A model generated the notes under the pieces. It was given only the letters and a program-made list of their open reading frames with translations. It did no database searches and was not told the origin of the DNA. This document shows, piece by piece, positions 38,976-52,659 of a DNA stretch of 64,000 nucleotides. The stretch covers positions 3,472,001 through 3,536,000 of the forward strand of contig CM068759.1 in assembly GCA_035084275.1 (NCBI GenBank), given 5' to 3'. The position numbers were made by a program, and so were the translations under genes. Every line of letters begins with the position of its first letter. Positions within the stretch are counted from its first letter, which is position 1. The DNA is from Hydrolagus colliei. Its lineage: Eukaryota.

Positions 38976-41900
38976 ACAAGGTTCTATCCGAGCAGTAGTC
39001 CCTGGCTTGTAGAGAGGAAAGCTTAGAGCACAGGAAACTACAGAACTGGAAAAGAAGATTGCAGTCTATGTGGCCAATGCCAACACATATGTGCCTTTAT
39101 TCCTTTCTCTCTCTCGTATGCTGGGGATCAATTTCTTTGCCACTGAATTCTCTCTTGAATTTCCAGAAACTATCTAGCTGCCGATCTGATCAGAATGATG
39201 CTGAAATATAATGCGAGGGTGAAGAGGTCTCTTCCTCCTGCTGGTCACTGCTGATAATATAGCAGAGAAAATAAAACACAATTCAAGCTCTGACTGGACA
39301 AATGCTAATCCAGTTCCCATTAAATTTATAATTCCTGTTGAGAATTCAATAAAGGCCATTATGACGCATGTGGTTTGCAGACTATTTAAACCCTAACAAG
39401 TTAGCTGCTGGTTGAACTTAATTTGGAAAGCAAATTATGCAAAACAGCAATTCATGCATAAATGAAATTTATCCATGATTTTGTTAGTGAGGTTTGAACA
39501 AATTCATTTTATGAAAGGCATAACAACCAGAACTGAATCATCACCACAAAACATTAATATAATACGTCAGCTGGCAACATTTGGGGACATTTGCTGCACT
39601 GTTGTGGTTTCTACATACAGTATATTTTTAAAAAACTCGAGTAAACTCAAGTTTTATCTCACAGTGAACAATCAATTGAACAACGTTGAAGCTCGCTGAA
39701 AGCTGACAAGCTCACAAATTAAGCTTCTATTTATCTTGAATATTAGTTTGCTCTGGCCTAATAAATCTGCTTTAATCAATTAGTTGAAAGTTGGTAACTA
39801 TTGACCTTGTCATCCATATTAAATTTGCAAATCTTTGCATTTTACTGTTAATTTTGAGGGACATTACTTGCAGCATGAAGAGGTTTTACAAAGTAAAATG
39901 GCAATCACACTGGTAAGCATTATGAGACACAACACATGAAGGCAAGTTGTTGTTTTGACTTAAATTGTGATAGCAAGATACAAGAATTATTTACCAGAAT
40001 TTCACAAAGATCCATGCCATTCTATACCCAATATAGTCTACGTTATCGTATTGCTTAATTCAATAGTTATCACAAGATGCTATTTATATGTATCTATGGG
40101 TGAGAAATTTTTTTGAAATCTGCATTTTTAAATGTTCGCCTACCTGCAGAAGAATTGGAACACCTCATATTTCGCTGCACTTTACTGTTGAGATATGTTT
40201 GTTTAGTTAGTTTTTGGTATTTATTTGTATTTTAATTAGAAATGTGTAAGTTATCAAAGTTTGCAAACATTCAATGTGCGGAAGCATACGTTTGAATTTC
40301 TAAAATAGGAATATGCAAATATATACATTCTTTGGGAAATTTGAGAATTACATATTTCCCATCGTGAAATTTGGTAATAATTATAGAAAATAGACCCCAT
40401 TGACTGCTACATCATTAGAAGGCTTATGCCCAACAGGCATTTCATACATCATCATTTCACCCACCCCAGTAGAAAATATGTAATTTCCATTGAACTGAAC
40501 AGGCTATAACATTGATTACTTCATGGCTCTTATCCTGCTACTTACATAGTAACGTACTGTTTCTGCTCATCTGGAAGATTTTTTGTACTTCACATGGTAC
40601 AAAAACAAGCCAGGATGAGTACAACCATCATTACTGTGAGCCAGCTCTCTGTTTCCTCAAGAGCCAGTTTTATATTTTCCCAGTAAGCGTACAACTTGCC
40701 AATAACAATGGATTCTCCCTTGTGGAATAACTTCAGCCATATTTCACTGCAATTTCACAACACTTCTTCTTTGCATTTCAGCATCCGCCCATTAAAGCTA
40801 AGCTGTGTCTCAGAGATAGCAAGCTTGGCTTGATGCAACTCATAAATCTCAGTCAAGCTTGAGATTTGCGACTCAAAATTCTTGCAATATCAACTGCACC
40901 CAGAAGCCACGCAGTTCCAAGCTCAGCTTTGGATATACAACTGCCTTTTAATATTAAAAAAAACTTGGATTGTTTCAAAATGAGTTGACTTCAGTGCCAA
41001 CATTCTGGGATTTGTACTATTTCTTGTCAATGTGGCTGTATTGTCAGATACAGGGATTATGTACACTCCGCAGGATGGTCCACACACATTGTGTTGCCTG
41101 GATGGTGTTACAATAAAACAGTGGAGATGATACACCTTTGATCATTGTTTATGCCCTGCTTTGCTATACAAATCAGCTACGAAAATTCAATGTATTATTT
41201 CCGATGACTGTGGAGTTCTACTGATCTTGAATAATATCAATTTTCCCATAATAGGATCATATTTACAGTTAGTCTATGATGACTATTTTCTTCTTCTTAT
41301 AGTACATGCCTGGAGCTTCTGGTAAAATGGTTCAATTTCCAGTATTTTGAGAGATCTTTTACACTGACACTGCAGGCAACATCAAGGATGTGTTTGCTGA
41401 CAATTAGCTATTAGAGGCGCTTCTTTCTCAAGTCCCAGCACGTGTGCAATGTTGCACATTTTTTGACTTTTTTGGACATTGACTTGAATCATGGGGATTC
41501 ATGCTGTGAATCGCAAATGTGAATTTCGCAATTAAATACAAACTGGAAGTGGCAATCAATGTAAATCTAATTTGCAAATACCACACATTAGGTTCTGTTG
41601 TCTGCTTTCCCACTCAATTTTCCTTTTGAGCCCATTATATTTTCTCCTAAAGTTCAGTCACTGGTTTATTTACTGTGCCTTGTTTCCTGGACATCTCAGC
41701 TCAGGCTTGTATTTGTTGTTGAGCCTCGGGTTGTTTTTGATCAGTCTTGAACTTAGCTGTTGGATTTACTGTCAAGTGTAGGTTCGGCCTGTCTTGATTT
41801 GCTGTCAAGTTTCAACCTTGTTTGTTGAATTCATCATTGAATTTTGACCTGAGGTTTTTCGCTCTCCCTCATTGATGCAAGAACAAGGGTCATATCAGAT

Positions 41901-44900
41901 TTTAGTTTGGTGAGACCCATTGAATCCAGCACTGACAGTTCATTCTTAATTTGGTTTATTTTACTCTGGTATTTTTTTTAAATGTGGTTTTCTTTTGACT
42001 TCATCAAATGTTAGCGCTTTGATTTTGGTCACACGGTTACCGATTGACAATCACAGATTCTGGGCAATAATCTCTATCAATCAATCACATCCTTAGACAA
42101 TCGTCACAAAGGACTTGTGCAAGAATTTATTTACAAGACCTCTATCCCTGATGGGAAGCTAAGCATATTTACCAACTGTGTATCCTGGTAGAGCATTTCA
42201 CTCATGAAAAGTGCTCTGTATTCTATTCAGCAGAGCTACAAAGAGAGATCCTGGATCACACAGTGGAGCTCAGTAAATAAAGCAATGTAATTGCGAAGCT
42301 GACTAGTCTCCTCAGTGTTAAGCATAGTGTTTGCCAATCAGCAGGCGAGATGGTTGAGGAAAACTTTCTTTGGGAATAGTTATAAACACAGTATTGCAAT
42401 TGGCGTTGAGAAATTATTGATTCAAATGCTACGGTTCCACAATTGCATCACGGAACAGCTCACCTTGTGAAATTTGGAGAATAGGAGAAAAAGAAAAGCA
42501 ATTTTTCAGTTCACAGAGTAAGAATCAAATGCTAATTTGGTTTAATCACTCATAAAAAGACATCATGTATATACGGATATCCAAAGAACTTGCCCAAATA
42601 ATCGCACAAAACAATCAAAGGTGATCAGCCTGCGTTTAATACATTGTTTCTAGTGAAAGCCGTGAAATGAGGATTAGATATTATAGCAATTGACTGAAAA
42701 CCTGACATCACTCACACAAGTGGGAATTTGCCTCCCAGAGTGAAACAGAAGTTATCATCAATCCTAGTTATTACCATGTGTACATTTTGGCTGTTCTTTG
42801 AACCTTGATGGATTCCAATTTGATATAGACATGTTCCTCCTGAATGCTAAAGAAATATAATGAAGGTAGGGTAGTGAATAATTTGTACTACATGGCACTG
42901 TAATGAAGAAAAATGCTTTGAAGCTAATGGTATGTGTACCCAATCACACAAAAAAAGCTAAAGCCACCACGCACTAACAAACAATGGTACTGTACTTAGT
43001 TTTCATACTCACAGTCTTCAACTCTCAGTACACAAGGATAACTTTAACAATGTGCAAGCCCAGTGGACAATATGCGTATATATAAACCAGTGCTGTAAAC
43101 ATAGATGGATAAAAGATCACGAGAAGGGTTCAGATTAGACATTCCTGAACCCATTAGATCTCATCCTGGTATAATACTCACTCTACAGAATCAAGAAAGA
43201 TTGGGTACCCTGCATAAGATGGTTCTGTGTTACTTTTCATACCATTTCTAACGGAGTAGCTTTCCATTATGGAACAATCTTCAGTAAGTTTCACAGCTTT
43301 CATCAGATGGATATTCCAGCATAGATATGTATCTGCTGGAGCTGTAGATGTGTACATTTTGAGGGAGGAATGTTTCCATTCTATATTGCTGTCCAGGTGG
43401 CTTAATGGCTTTGACTAAAGTCAGAAATGTGGGAATGATAACATGAAAGGATATTAAAGATCCCAGGAGAGGAGTGAGTTTTGTCCAGTGCCTTGGCCAA
43501 GAGTCTTTCATGTTAGCGACATCATTCACCTCGTGGCTTTTTGTTAGATGGGAAGTTTGTCAACAGATACAGTCAGTACAATTAAATGAAATTACCTGTG
43601 AAGCACTTTGAATCATATTCCAAAATGCCTTGTTGCAAAGCCCATATAACAATACAAATTGCAACAGCACCCTTCAGCTCGGATGACCAAAGAATGAACG
43701 GGAACACGAAGCAGTGAGGAAAGAAAGAATTTACAGGTAGGGGCGAGACAGTTTCCCAAGGAGAAAGGATTTAAGGTGCTCGCAAATCGTTGAAACGATT
43801 GCTTGGGGGAGTGTACTTATTCAAAAAAAAAGTCATGCATTTTTGCAGAGCCAATTTTGCAAAGTATGTTTACTGATGTTTGGTCACTGTGACTTGGAAT
43901 GATGTAGCCATTAAGGTTCAGTAACTTTTCATTATCTCTTGCCAATTTCATTCTTGCTTTGTGCTTCGTTTGCCTGAGCACAGGATGTTCCTGATAAACA
44001 GGCATTCCTGATAAATACTGGATCCAATTGCAACTGACAGTTTTATTTAATGTGCACTGATCAGCGAATAGCACTTGTTTAGACTCCCGAGTTTATATGT
44101 GCTTCAGTGAAGATTAAACCTACTTATTTAGCACCATTGGTGTACAGCTGGAATGCAGAGCTCTGTTATCTTATAATTGAGAGGGCACCACTTATCCCAG
44201 GAGGTGTAATGGACCTCAGTCCTATCATGAGCCGAGGATGCGCGGATGCAAGGTATTTGCATGAAATGTGTATCCATTGTAAAGACATTTTACTCTTATC
44301 TCAGTGAATAAACAGAGTTTGCCCCCTCTCCCCCTCAAATACATGCCGATTTCCTCCTCTCATCTGAAAATGTTTGAATTGCCACCAAAAGCAGACGACA
44401 CCAGACTGCAAAGAGATTTTACGTCTCAGGAGCTGCTAAGTTTAAATGACTATTACGATTTTATATTTGTGTACATTGATTTTTATCTGATGTCCTGTAA
44501 GTGGGGCAGATCTATTACAATGTAGAAACTAACTTGTTTCCCATCAGTTGCAGCAAAGAAGTCTAAGAAACAACAAATCCATTGTTAGTGAATGGACAGA
44601 ACAGGATTGAAACATGCTTTCCCCCTACATTAGTAATCCATTTAAGAAAATGGATAATACTGTATATTAACAGCAGAACAGATATTCAGGGCATATTTGA
44701 TGTTCAAAATTAAATAAAATTGTAAAATAAGCACCAAGGTGACACTAAAGAAGCAAAGAAGACAATGTTTATATGCAATTGAAGAAACTAGGTAATTCCA
44801 AGACTTACATTCATGGCAGATCATAACCTCACTTCTTTCGATGCAGAAATACTGTATAGCCAAACATGCAAATTTAGCTACTTCACAATGTTTTTGTTTT

Positions 44901-46869
44901 GTGCAGACTTGACCTGTCCTTGATTAATTGAGATGTCTTGGTAATTTCCGTCAGATAAGAAACAACTCGCACAATGATCAAATGCGTTTACCTGTGGAAA
45001 CATGTGGGTCCCAAGTAAATAGTGGAAGCGACTTCCTAACTAGAGACTTACATCTTACATAAAATATTAACACTTCCATGAATGAAAGCATCGAGAGGCA
45101 TTGCCAACAGAAGGTTAAAGTTCCACCTTGCCATTTAATAATGAAAAATTGTTTTTCAGCCTTTAGGTTTCATTTATGGAATGCAGGATTTATAGTTGAA
45201 ATTCCTCTTTAATACTAGCTCTCTCATAAAAATCTATGAAGCCTTATACAGTACATATATTGCATTTGGCAGGAAATATCATACCAGTGTTGGAACTAAA
45301 GGTTACTGTCAGTTGTGTCCATGTTTGTTACTGCACTTCAAGAAACTTCTGTCCATAAAATACATTATATATGTGGTTGTCGAGGTCTAGCATGAAGAGA
45401 TTTCCAAAGGGATTCATAGACAAGAAAACCAGAAATATGTTGAATCAACTTGCAAAGTACTGTACTTTTTGATTGGAGTTCCCATGAGCTGGGACCGTGT
45501 TCCTCAGGTTAATGAAAGAATTGTCAACTTGGTTTCCTTTCAAGGAAGTCCATTGGAAATTGCCACATAGTGTACTATATTGAACCTCATGGTCTAAAAT
45601 GACACATAAAGGCAGCACACTACCATTGAATACAGTGTTGTGGGCCTCAGTTACATCAAGAACCTTGAACATATGAAACGTTTGGCTTCCAAACAGAGCA
45701 TTAAAGTCAGATTTGGAATTTACGATGACAGATTTGAGCAACATGGTTTTTAAACTGCAGATGTTTTGTTATTTTTTATTTAAAACCCAGAGGACTTTAC
45801 AGAGAATCCACAAACACTGACTCATTTCATTAAAAAAAAGCAAACCACATGATCATAAGTAAGAGCATAACAATACCCCAAAATGTTAAATATAACAAAT
45901 AAACCAGCATTTAGTCACGACCTGTAAATAATATCTACGTAAGTTCTGCATCAGTTATTCAAACTAAAACAAGCTATGCATATTTGATGTCATAATTTCT
46001 ACAATATACCCCAGTTCGTGAAAGGTGTAACGATCAGGACTGAGAGTAGAATTACCAAGATGTGCAAGTGACGTAGAATTTTACTCAACCCTTGATTTTC
46101 GAACATGGTGAATCTTCAATGGCTTGATCTTGTTTATTGATCTCTTAAAACAATGTCCAAAGCCAGTGTGTTCTGTGTTACACACGGTTTCAGGTTTTCA
46201 TTCAAAACTGAGGTCAATAAGCGCTTTCTAGTTTTGATAGCTCCAATTTCAGTTCCAATTAACAGCGAGCTGAACGGGATCTTCGAGTAGAGTATGCTTT
46301 TTTTTAGTTTAGAAGTAAGTTTAGAACAGCAAGGTCATCCTGTTTTTAATTTGTCACACTTCATCATCACTTTTGTATTCAGAACACACCTTTAAATTCT
46401 CTGTCTTCATCTTAATGTACTCACAGAGCAAGAGCTGGCTTTATGCCAGCAGTGCTCATCATTTAAATTGTGCTACAGAGCATTAATTTGGGTTTCTGGG
46501 AGAAACTCAAGGAGTATGGGGGGTGGGGAGGGTGTCGTAAACTATGAAACTTTAGTAAACAATGAATTAGTAAAATGTTTGCCTAGGAAACATAGTCGCT
46601 CCACTCGACAGTAAATCTTGAGAAACACTTTGTCCTCCTCACATGAAATATATTATTATTAATAACCCAATCATTCATTGGACACTCAAAACTCCATAAT
46701 GACTTTCCTCAGACCACAATTACAGATACGGTGAATTTACAGCCAAAAAAAGTCATAAATCTAACCAATGAGACCTTGGATTCAGCTATCATGAGCACTA
46801 CTGCACTAGGTCAGATTCCCTTTAACAATGGCATAACTGTTACTTTTAGAACTTCTCGTGCAGAGAGTT

Positions 46870-47110
46870 GTGAGGCTGGCTAGAATTAGAAAGGAGTTTA
46901 GGAGGACCTTCTTTATGTGGAGAATGGTGAGATGTTGAACTTTGTTACATTTTTGCTTGTACAAAGTATTTAAGAGGAAACTGAATGCCTACATGAGGAA
47001 GAATGGAGTACATATATAGGAAAGGTGAACACGAGGAATGGAGACTCATGTGTGGAACATAACTACTTGCACAATCTATGTGGACTGAATGACTTGCTTC
47101 CATGCTGTAT
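46870..47110 (+). mobile_element. CR1 LINE 3' end
   Basis: aggaggaccttcttt...agaatggtgaga...tttaagaggaaactgaatgcctacatgagg...gactgaatgacttgcttccatgctgtat. Confidence 0.75.
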
Positions 47111-47230
47111 CGTTTCGCCCACTAAATTCACAGTCACTAGACTTTGCAGTATATTCTGTGAAGTGCTTTGAGTCTTGAAGAATTGTTAAGGCATTGTATC
47201 AAATGCAAGGATTATTATTATTATTATTAT
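47111..47230 (+). mobile_element. SINE 3' fragment abutting the CR1 end
   Basis: cgtttcgcccac...tattctgtgaagtgctttgag...atcaaatgcaagga(TTA)n. Confidence 0.9.
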
Positions 47231-48460
47231 ATGTATGTAATTCCAAGACGTGTTTTACCTACTGCTCTATCACAAATATTTCAAGTGAAAACAGTGTTTT
47301 GTTCACATGTTTTAAACATTGTTCCAGATATTTCCACACATGTTCATTTCATGCTAATATTTTTTTAGGAAAGGAACTCTGAACTCATTGGTATTCTTTC
47401 AGCTCAAGTTTTAGATGAGAACCCCCCCCACCCCCAACAATGGTTGTTAATTCAGATTCAGAAAATATGAAAATGGAATTCAGGAACCAAATGACACATT
47501 TTGCTCCCGCGTTAGAATAATGATGGTGACATTTATAATGTTAGAAAAGGAAGGTACTAACATTAACAATCTAATAGGGATCCAGCAGATTGCCTGGGAC
47601 CATTTCAAACTTTAATCTGGAAATTATAAAGTGGACAGCCTCAGTGCAAAATTGCTCCTAAAGGCAAAAAAACAAAAATCTAGTTGATCAGAGTTGCAGT
47701 TCCCTAGTATTAAACTGGAATAAAACTGCAGATTTTGTGCAAGTAGAACATCTCACCAAAATTGGCTGGAACTGATACATTGTGGAATAAATTACACTCA
47801 TTGTCTTGTATAAACACAATTTAATCAGACATTATTTGAAAGGGAGTTAAAATGTGGAAACTGGATGGCAATTACTGAAGTGTCATACTATGATGTGAAA
47901 GTAATATCAAGCAGTCAGGTCTATATATTCCATCTGATCATATAACCTTGCATCAAAATTACTTCTAAATATATTTTTATATTACCCTCAGAATCCAATA
48001 TTCAAACCTCAACATCAATAAGACATAAAACATGTTCAATGATTATTTTATTATAAGAATTACATTTGCCCTTTAAAACTGGCTGCATTTAATTTTGAAA
48101 ATCCTTTAACATAAAATCAATAGTTCCTTGACCTGAATTTCTCCGTTAACAGTCCCTGATGAAGGGGTTATTGGAGACTTTATAGTGATCGACTAACCAC
48201 AGTGACTTAAAAATACAATGAACTTCCAGCATATTGGCTGGATTTACAAAAAAAAAGTTAGATCAATGAATCTGGCTCGGACTCGATGAAATGAAATATG
48301 GGAAGCGCAGGAAATTGATTATTGTGTCACGTTTTGTATTGTTGTATGAACTAGTATCATACATGGCCGAGTTATGGATGAGTGAAATAGTGAGCTTTCA
48401 CTTCTAAGCTGCACTGTTTACAACATCATTCAATGCCAAAGGAGTAAACTAATAATAATA

Positions 48461-48514
48461 CAACAACATTACATTTGTAGAGCGCCTTTGACGTCGGGAG
48501 GATGACTCAAGGGG
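48461..48514 (-). mobile_element. L2 3' tail fragment (subfamily b)
   Basis: caacaacattacatttgtagagcgcctttgacgtcgggaggatgactcaagg. Confidence 0.75.
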
Positions 48515-48634
48515 TTTTCATTTCAACTTATACTATGACCTTATGAGAGAGAGTAAAAATAGTGAATAATAATTGTGTTTGATATAGTGTCTCTCACACC
48601 AGGAGGACGTCTTTAATAACAATAATACTGTACA

Positions 48635-48779
48635 AATAATAATCCTTGCATTTCAAATAATGCCTTATCACTTCTTTGAGACATCTCAATGCGCTTCACA
48701 GAATATACTGTAAAGTTAATTGACTTTATATTTTGTGGGCCCAACGTGGAAGCTCATTTGTGCTCAGCAGCTCCCCCAT
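48635..48779 (-). mobile_element. SINE 3' half
   Basis: aataataatccttgcattt...gcgcttcacagaatatactgtaaag...ttttgtgggcccaacgtgg. Confidence 0.9.
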
Positions 48780-49059
48780 AAAAATCTCCCTAATGGCAGG
48801 AAAGGTGCCAAGTAACACCAGTTTCCATACCGCTATCAAAATATTGATGTGCATCAGAGAGGTTTGCGACGGGCAAATATTGGTTTAAATTGAACTCAAC
48901 TTATACCGTGACCTTATGAGCAAGAGTTCCAGTGACTTCCCTGTACATCAATACAAGAATGGAACTTGACATCCGTTTAAGATGATTAGCAACGGAGGAA
49001 TTTTCTTTCAAAACTGAGCTGTTAAGATGTGAATGCCCAGCTGGGTGTGGTGTTAAAAG

Positions 49060-49305
49060 ATGAAATTAGATAGACAACAGGGTGTTGAGGAAAAATGCTG
49101 GTAAAAGGGATTTCGCCCACAAATATACAGTCAATTCAATTTACAGTATATTCTGTGAAGCGCTTTGAGACGTCAATAAGATGTGAAAAGCGCGATATCA
49201 AAAATGCAAGGATTATATTATTATTGAATGGATTGCTCTTTTAAAGAGCCAGTGAAGACACAATGAACCAAACATCTGTTTTCCGTCTGGTAACCTTCTA
49301 TGGTT
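49060..49305 (+). mobile_element. CR1 3' UTR interrupted by a SINE fragment
   Basis: aaattagatag...gctggtaaaaggga | SINE | gaatggattgctcttttaaagagccagtgaagacacaatg; compare the intact copy at 58560-58612. Confidence 0.7.
49111..49225 (+). mobile_element. Young SINE 3' fragment
   Basis: tttcgcccacaaatatacagtcaattc...aagcgctttgagacgtcaataagatgtgaaaagcg...(TTA)n. Confidence 0.93.
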
Positions 49306-50179
49306 GTTTGGGTTCGAGGTCTAAATGAACTCAAATTAAAAATCAGAAATCCTCTGTATGCATAGAGAACTTCCGAAGATTTCAGTATGAAGTATCTTTG
49401 ATAGGATTAACAGTTGAACACGTCAACAGTTTTAGAGGATACTGTTGATTTTATTGTATCATGCTATATGCTGTATTTCTGGCTGAAAACAAATCACAGA
49501 ATTTTCATTCCAGTTCCATGCTTCCTGATATAGTTGACCATTTATCATTACAGAGGAAAATGGTACTTAAATAATTGATGGGCTTATTACAAAATAATTA
49601 ATAACAAAGTAAATTACCGACACACACACAAGAAATCAGATAGACATATGTGGTACAGACAGTGCTGGACAAAAGGAAAAAAAACATGCAGTAATTGGGG
49701 AGGGCAAACACTCAGTAAAAGATCTAGGAACCCATAAATACCAAGGCATTTATAGGTGAATTTACAACCAAAATTGGCAGCGCAGTATAAAATCACACTT
49801 TGCGGAGTACAAGCTCTCATGTGTTTGAACAATTATTATTTGGCACGCATTAGAGATCTTACTCAGAACACAATAGGGTGGTTAGCACAGAAGATGTTAA
49901 AGTGGTAGATATCAGAGACCACTGGTTTATAAACAAAGTGGTTTGCTACAAAATGGGTGGGCATTTCATCCCCAGAAGTGACATCCTCCCATTGAGAAAG
50001 CACAACAAATGCCCTCGAGCAAGCTAATTGTTTGAAAAGTATATTATTAGATTTTACTTTGGAACATATGGTAATGGTTGAACAGAATGTTATTTTTAGT
50101 TTGTAGCTCATTGCACAACATTACTGAAAAAATGTGCGACATGTACCTTCTGCCCAGTTTGGTTTCCTCCCACGACAAT

Positions 50180-50531
50180 ATAATAATAATCCTTCCATGT
50201 GACATAGCGCTTTTCACGTCTTCTAGACATCTCAAGCGCTTCACAGAATATACTGTAAAGTGAATTGACTGTATATTTGTAGGCAAGACGCAGCAGCTAA
50301 TTGCGCACAGCAGTGTCCCACAGACAGTCATGGATTAAAAATGACCAATTTATTATGGCGAGTTTTTGGAGTAATTATTATTAGGGGTGTGGATTAAGGA
50401 AACTTGCCCAGGGTTTCGCTCTGACCTGCCTGGATTCGAAACACAGTTCTCACACTTTTCACCTGCCTGGAATTGAACCCAGGTCTCTCAATTGCAAGGC
50501 AAGTGCTCTAACCACTGAGCTACAGGACTCC
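50180..50531 (-). mobile_element. Full-length SINE with duplicated tRNA-head segment
   Basis: Complete tail and body; acctgcctggattcgaa (50424) and acctgcctggaattgaa (50461); ends aaccactgagctacaggactcc. Confidence 0.95.
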
Positions 50532-50565
50532 ACAAATAATGCCAATGTAATGCATATTTAAATGA

Positions 50566-50654
50566 AAATAGTCCTTGCATTTGATATGGTGCCTCGTCAC
50601 GTCATTGAGACATCTCAAAGTGGCTTGCAGACTATACTGCAAAGTGAATTAACT
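50566..50654 (-). mobile_element. SINE 3' tail fragment
   Basis: tccttgcatttgatatggtgcc...gagacatctcaaag...tatactgcaaagtgaatt. Confidence 0.85.
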
Positions 50655-52492
50655 CCATAACAGGGTGGAGGGAGGAGATAATTTAGATGCCCGCTACCAA
50701 AGGGACGCAAAAGGGTGAAGTGACAAGCGCTGACAAATGCTATTTGAAGACATCAGTTGAGTCCTGTCACTTTGACTGTAAGAGCTCAGCCGTGTCGTAT
50801 AATGAAGGATTTTTTCTGGCAAGAAAAAGTGATGAGAAAATCAGGTCAATGTGATCTGGCCTTGTGATGGCCAACTCTCTAAATATAAGGAAAAATATTT
50901 GTGGAGATGGCTTGCAATCTCTATTACATTGCTTGCAAACACCAAACTCCTCGCCCTACAATATCCTACATTGGAGGCAGGTGCAAATCTTGACTCCTTG
51001 TGGTAGCTTATTGGTTTACCAGTCGGGTGGAGATAAGAATTAAATAGGACAATACCTTCATCCCAGGCTGATGGAGTGAAGATTATACAAGTTCTATTTA
51101 AAATGAAAACGCAGTGACAATTCAAGGAAAGTCATTACTCCAGATAGACTCTGATTAGGATTTCATACCATCCAGATTTTGATAACATGTTGAATTCAAT
51201 CTTACCATTGAAGCTCACTTTCTTAATTACTTCCAGGAAGCCAGCTTCAATGTTAAATGTTAATGTTAATCTCTGAATAGCTACATTTGGACCCAGGTGA
51301 TATGTCTTCCCACTAATTCCTTATGGTCCCAACCAACATTATTTTATTTCAGCAGAATTTATAAACTCAAACGGGCCATGGGATGACTGGGATAGAAAAT
51401 TGAATACTTAGCGCTGAGGCATATTAACCAGTGTCTATGGAGATGACCACATACACTGTTGAAGAGATAGGCTTTAGGGGATTTAACCTCATTGGGCTTA
51501 TCCATGCCTCCCACCTCTTACTTGTAACAATTTTGGAGGTGATTTGCATTTTCTATTGAACATTTACAGTTCATCTGACTGTTGAAAGATTCTTCGGAAT
51601 TATAACAACAGGATCAGGCTTCCACTGGTAAGTGCTAGAATTTAAAACGAGGCCAAGAAGTTAAGTCTCTTAAATTCCTCATCTTCAAATTATAAAGGGA
51701 TTGGCTTCAAACATAATGCCATCACATTTTATTCTAACGGTGACTTTCCTTTGACACAATGACTTTTGGACATAACGGCTATATTCAAAAAGTACATAAA
51801 ATGGTAATGTCTGGGTTGGAATAAGCTTTTATTTGAAATGAAAAGCCGCAGTGATCTCATCATCCTTGAAATGATCAACATACATTCAGAAATAAAGCAC
51901 TATGTTATTTGCACAAAACGCTTATTGTTAAATTAAATGGATGCAATTGAAGTTTAAGTAGCAAGGCACTGACCTATTATTATTACTATTGTAAATGCTT
52001 AGACTGATCTGTTACCATCAAAACCAGAGATAAAATAACCCTAAACTTGACCAAAGTCTTTATTAAAACTTCATAATCTTACAAACTAAGACGGCATAGA
52101 ATTATAGGAAGTTATTATGTTCCATCTTAACTATTTTCTATCAAGAGAAAAACCCGTGGAAATCCAGCATTAAAAAATTGATTTCGCACCAGTTTAAATT
52201 TGAAAGACAAATCAGATTTAAAGGCTAAGACTAGGTAGAAGTTTAGGCTTCAATTGCCTGAAAAATATCAGTGAAATTTGACATGTGAAGGATCTTGGCT
52301 ATGTTTTTTGTGTGGGTGAGTGCAGCGGGAGTACGAACAAGCAAGATACAGGGAAAAGAAAACTCCAATTGAAGTGACTGGGTATGGTGGGAGGAATCAT
52401 TTCAAGAAGGGCAAACAGCTTGTCACTGTACACTTAGATAGAATTTAAGTATAAATTAGAATAATGGATGGTTGAAAAATAATAATAACAAT

Positions 52493-52659
52493 AAATTGGT
52501 CACTCAATTCACGACTTGTGGGATACTGCAGTGCGCATTTGGCTGCCATGTTTCTCCCACAATATATACAATCAATTTGCTTTGCAGGATATTCTGTGAG
52601 GCACTTTGAGATGCCTTGAAGAAGTGATTAGGCACTACATCAAATGCAATGATTATTAT
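52493..52659 (+). mobile_element. SINE 3' half
   Basis: aattggtcactcaatt...gtgggatactgcagtgcgcatttggctgcc...atcaaatgcaatgattattat. Confidence 0.9.

Noticed and set aside
48150-48180. Hammerhead core ctgatga
   Set aside because: No stem II followed by GAAA.
51571-51634. Plus-strand 58-nt exon with CTG|gtaagt
   Set aside because: Mediocre acceptor, not frame-preserving, no recognisable peptide and no other support.
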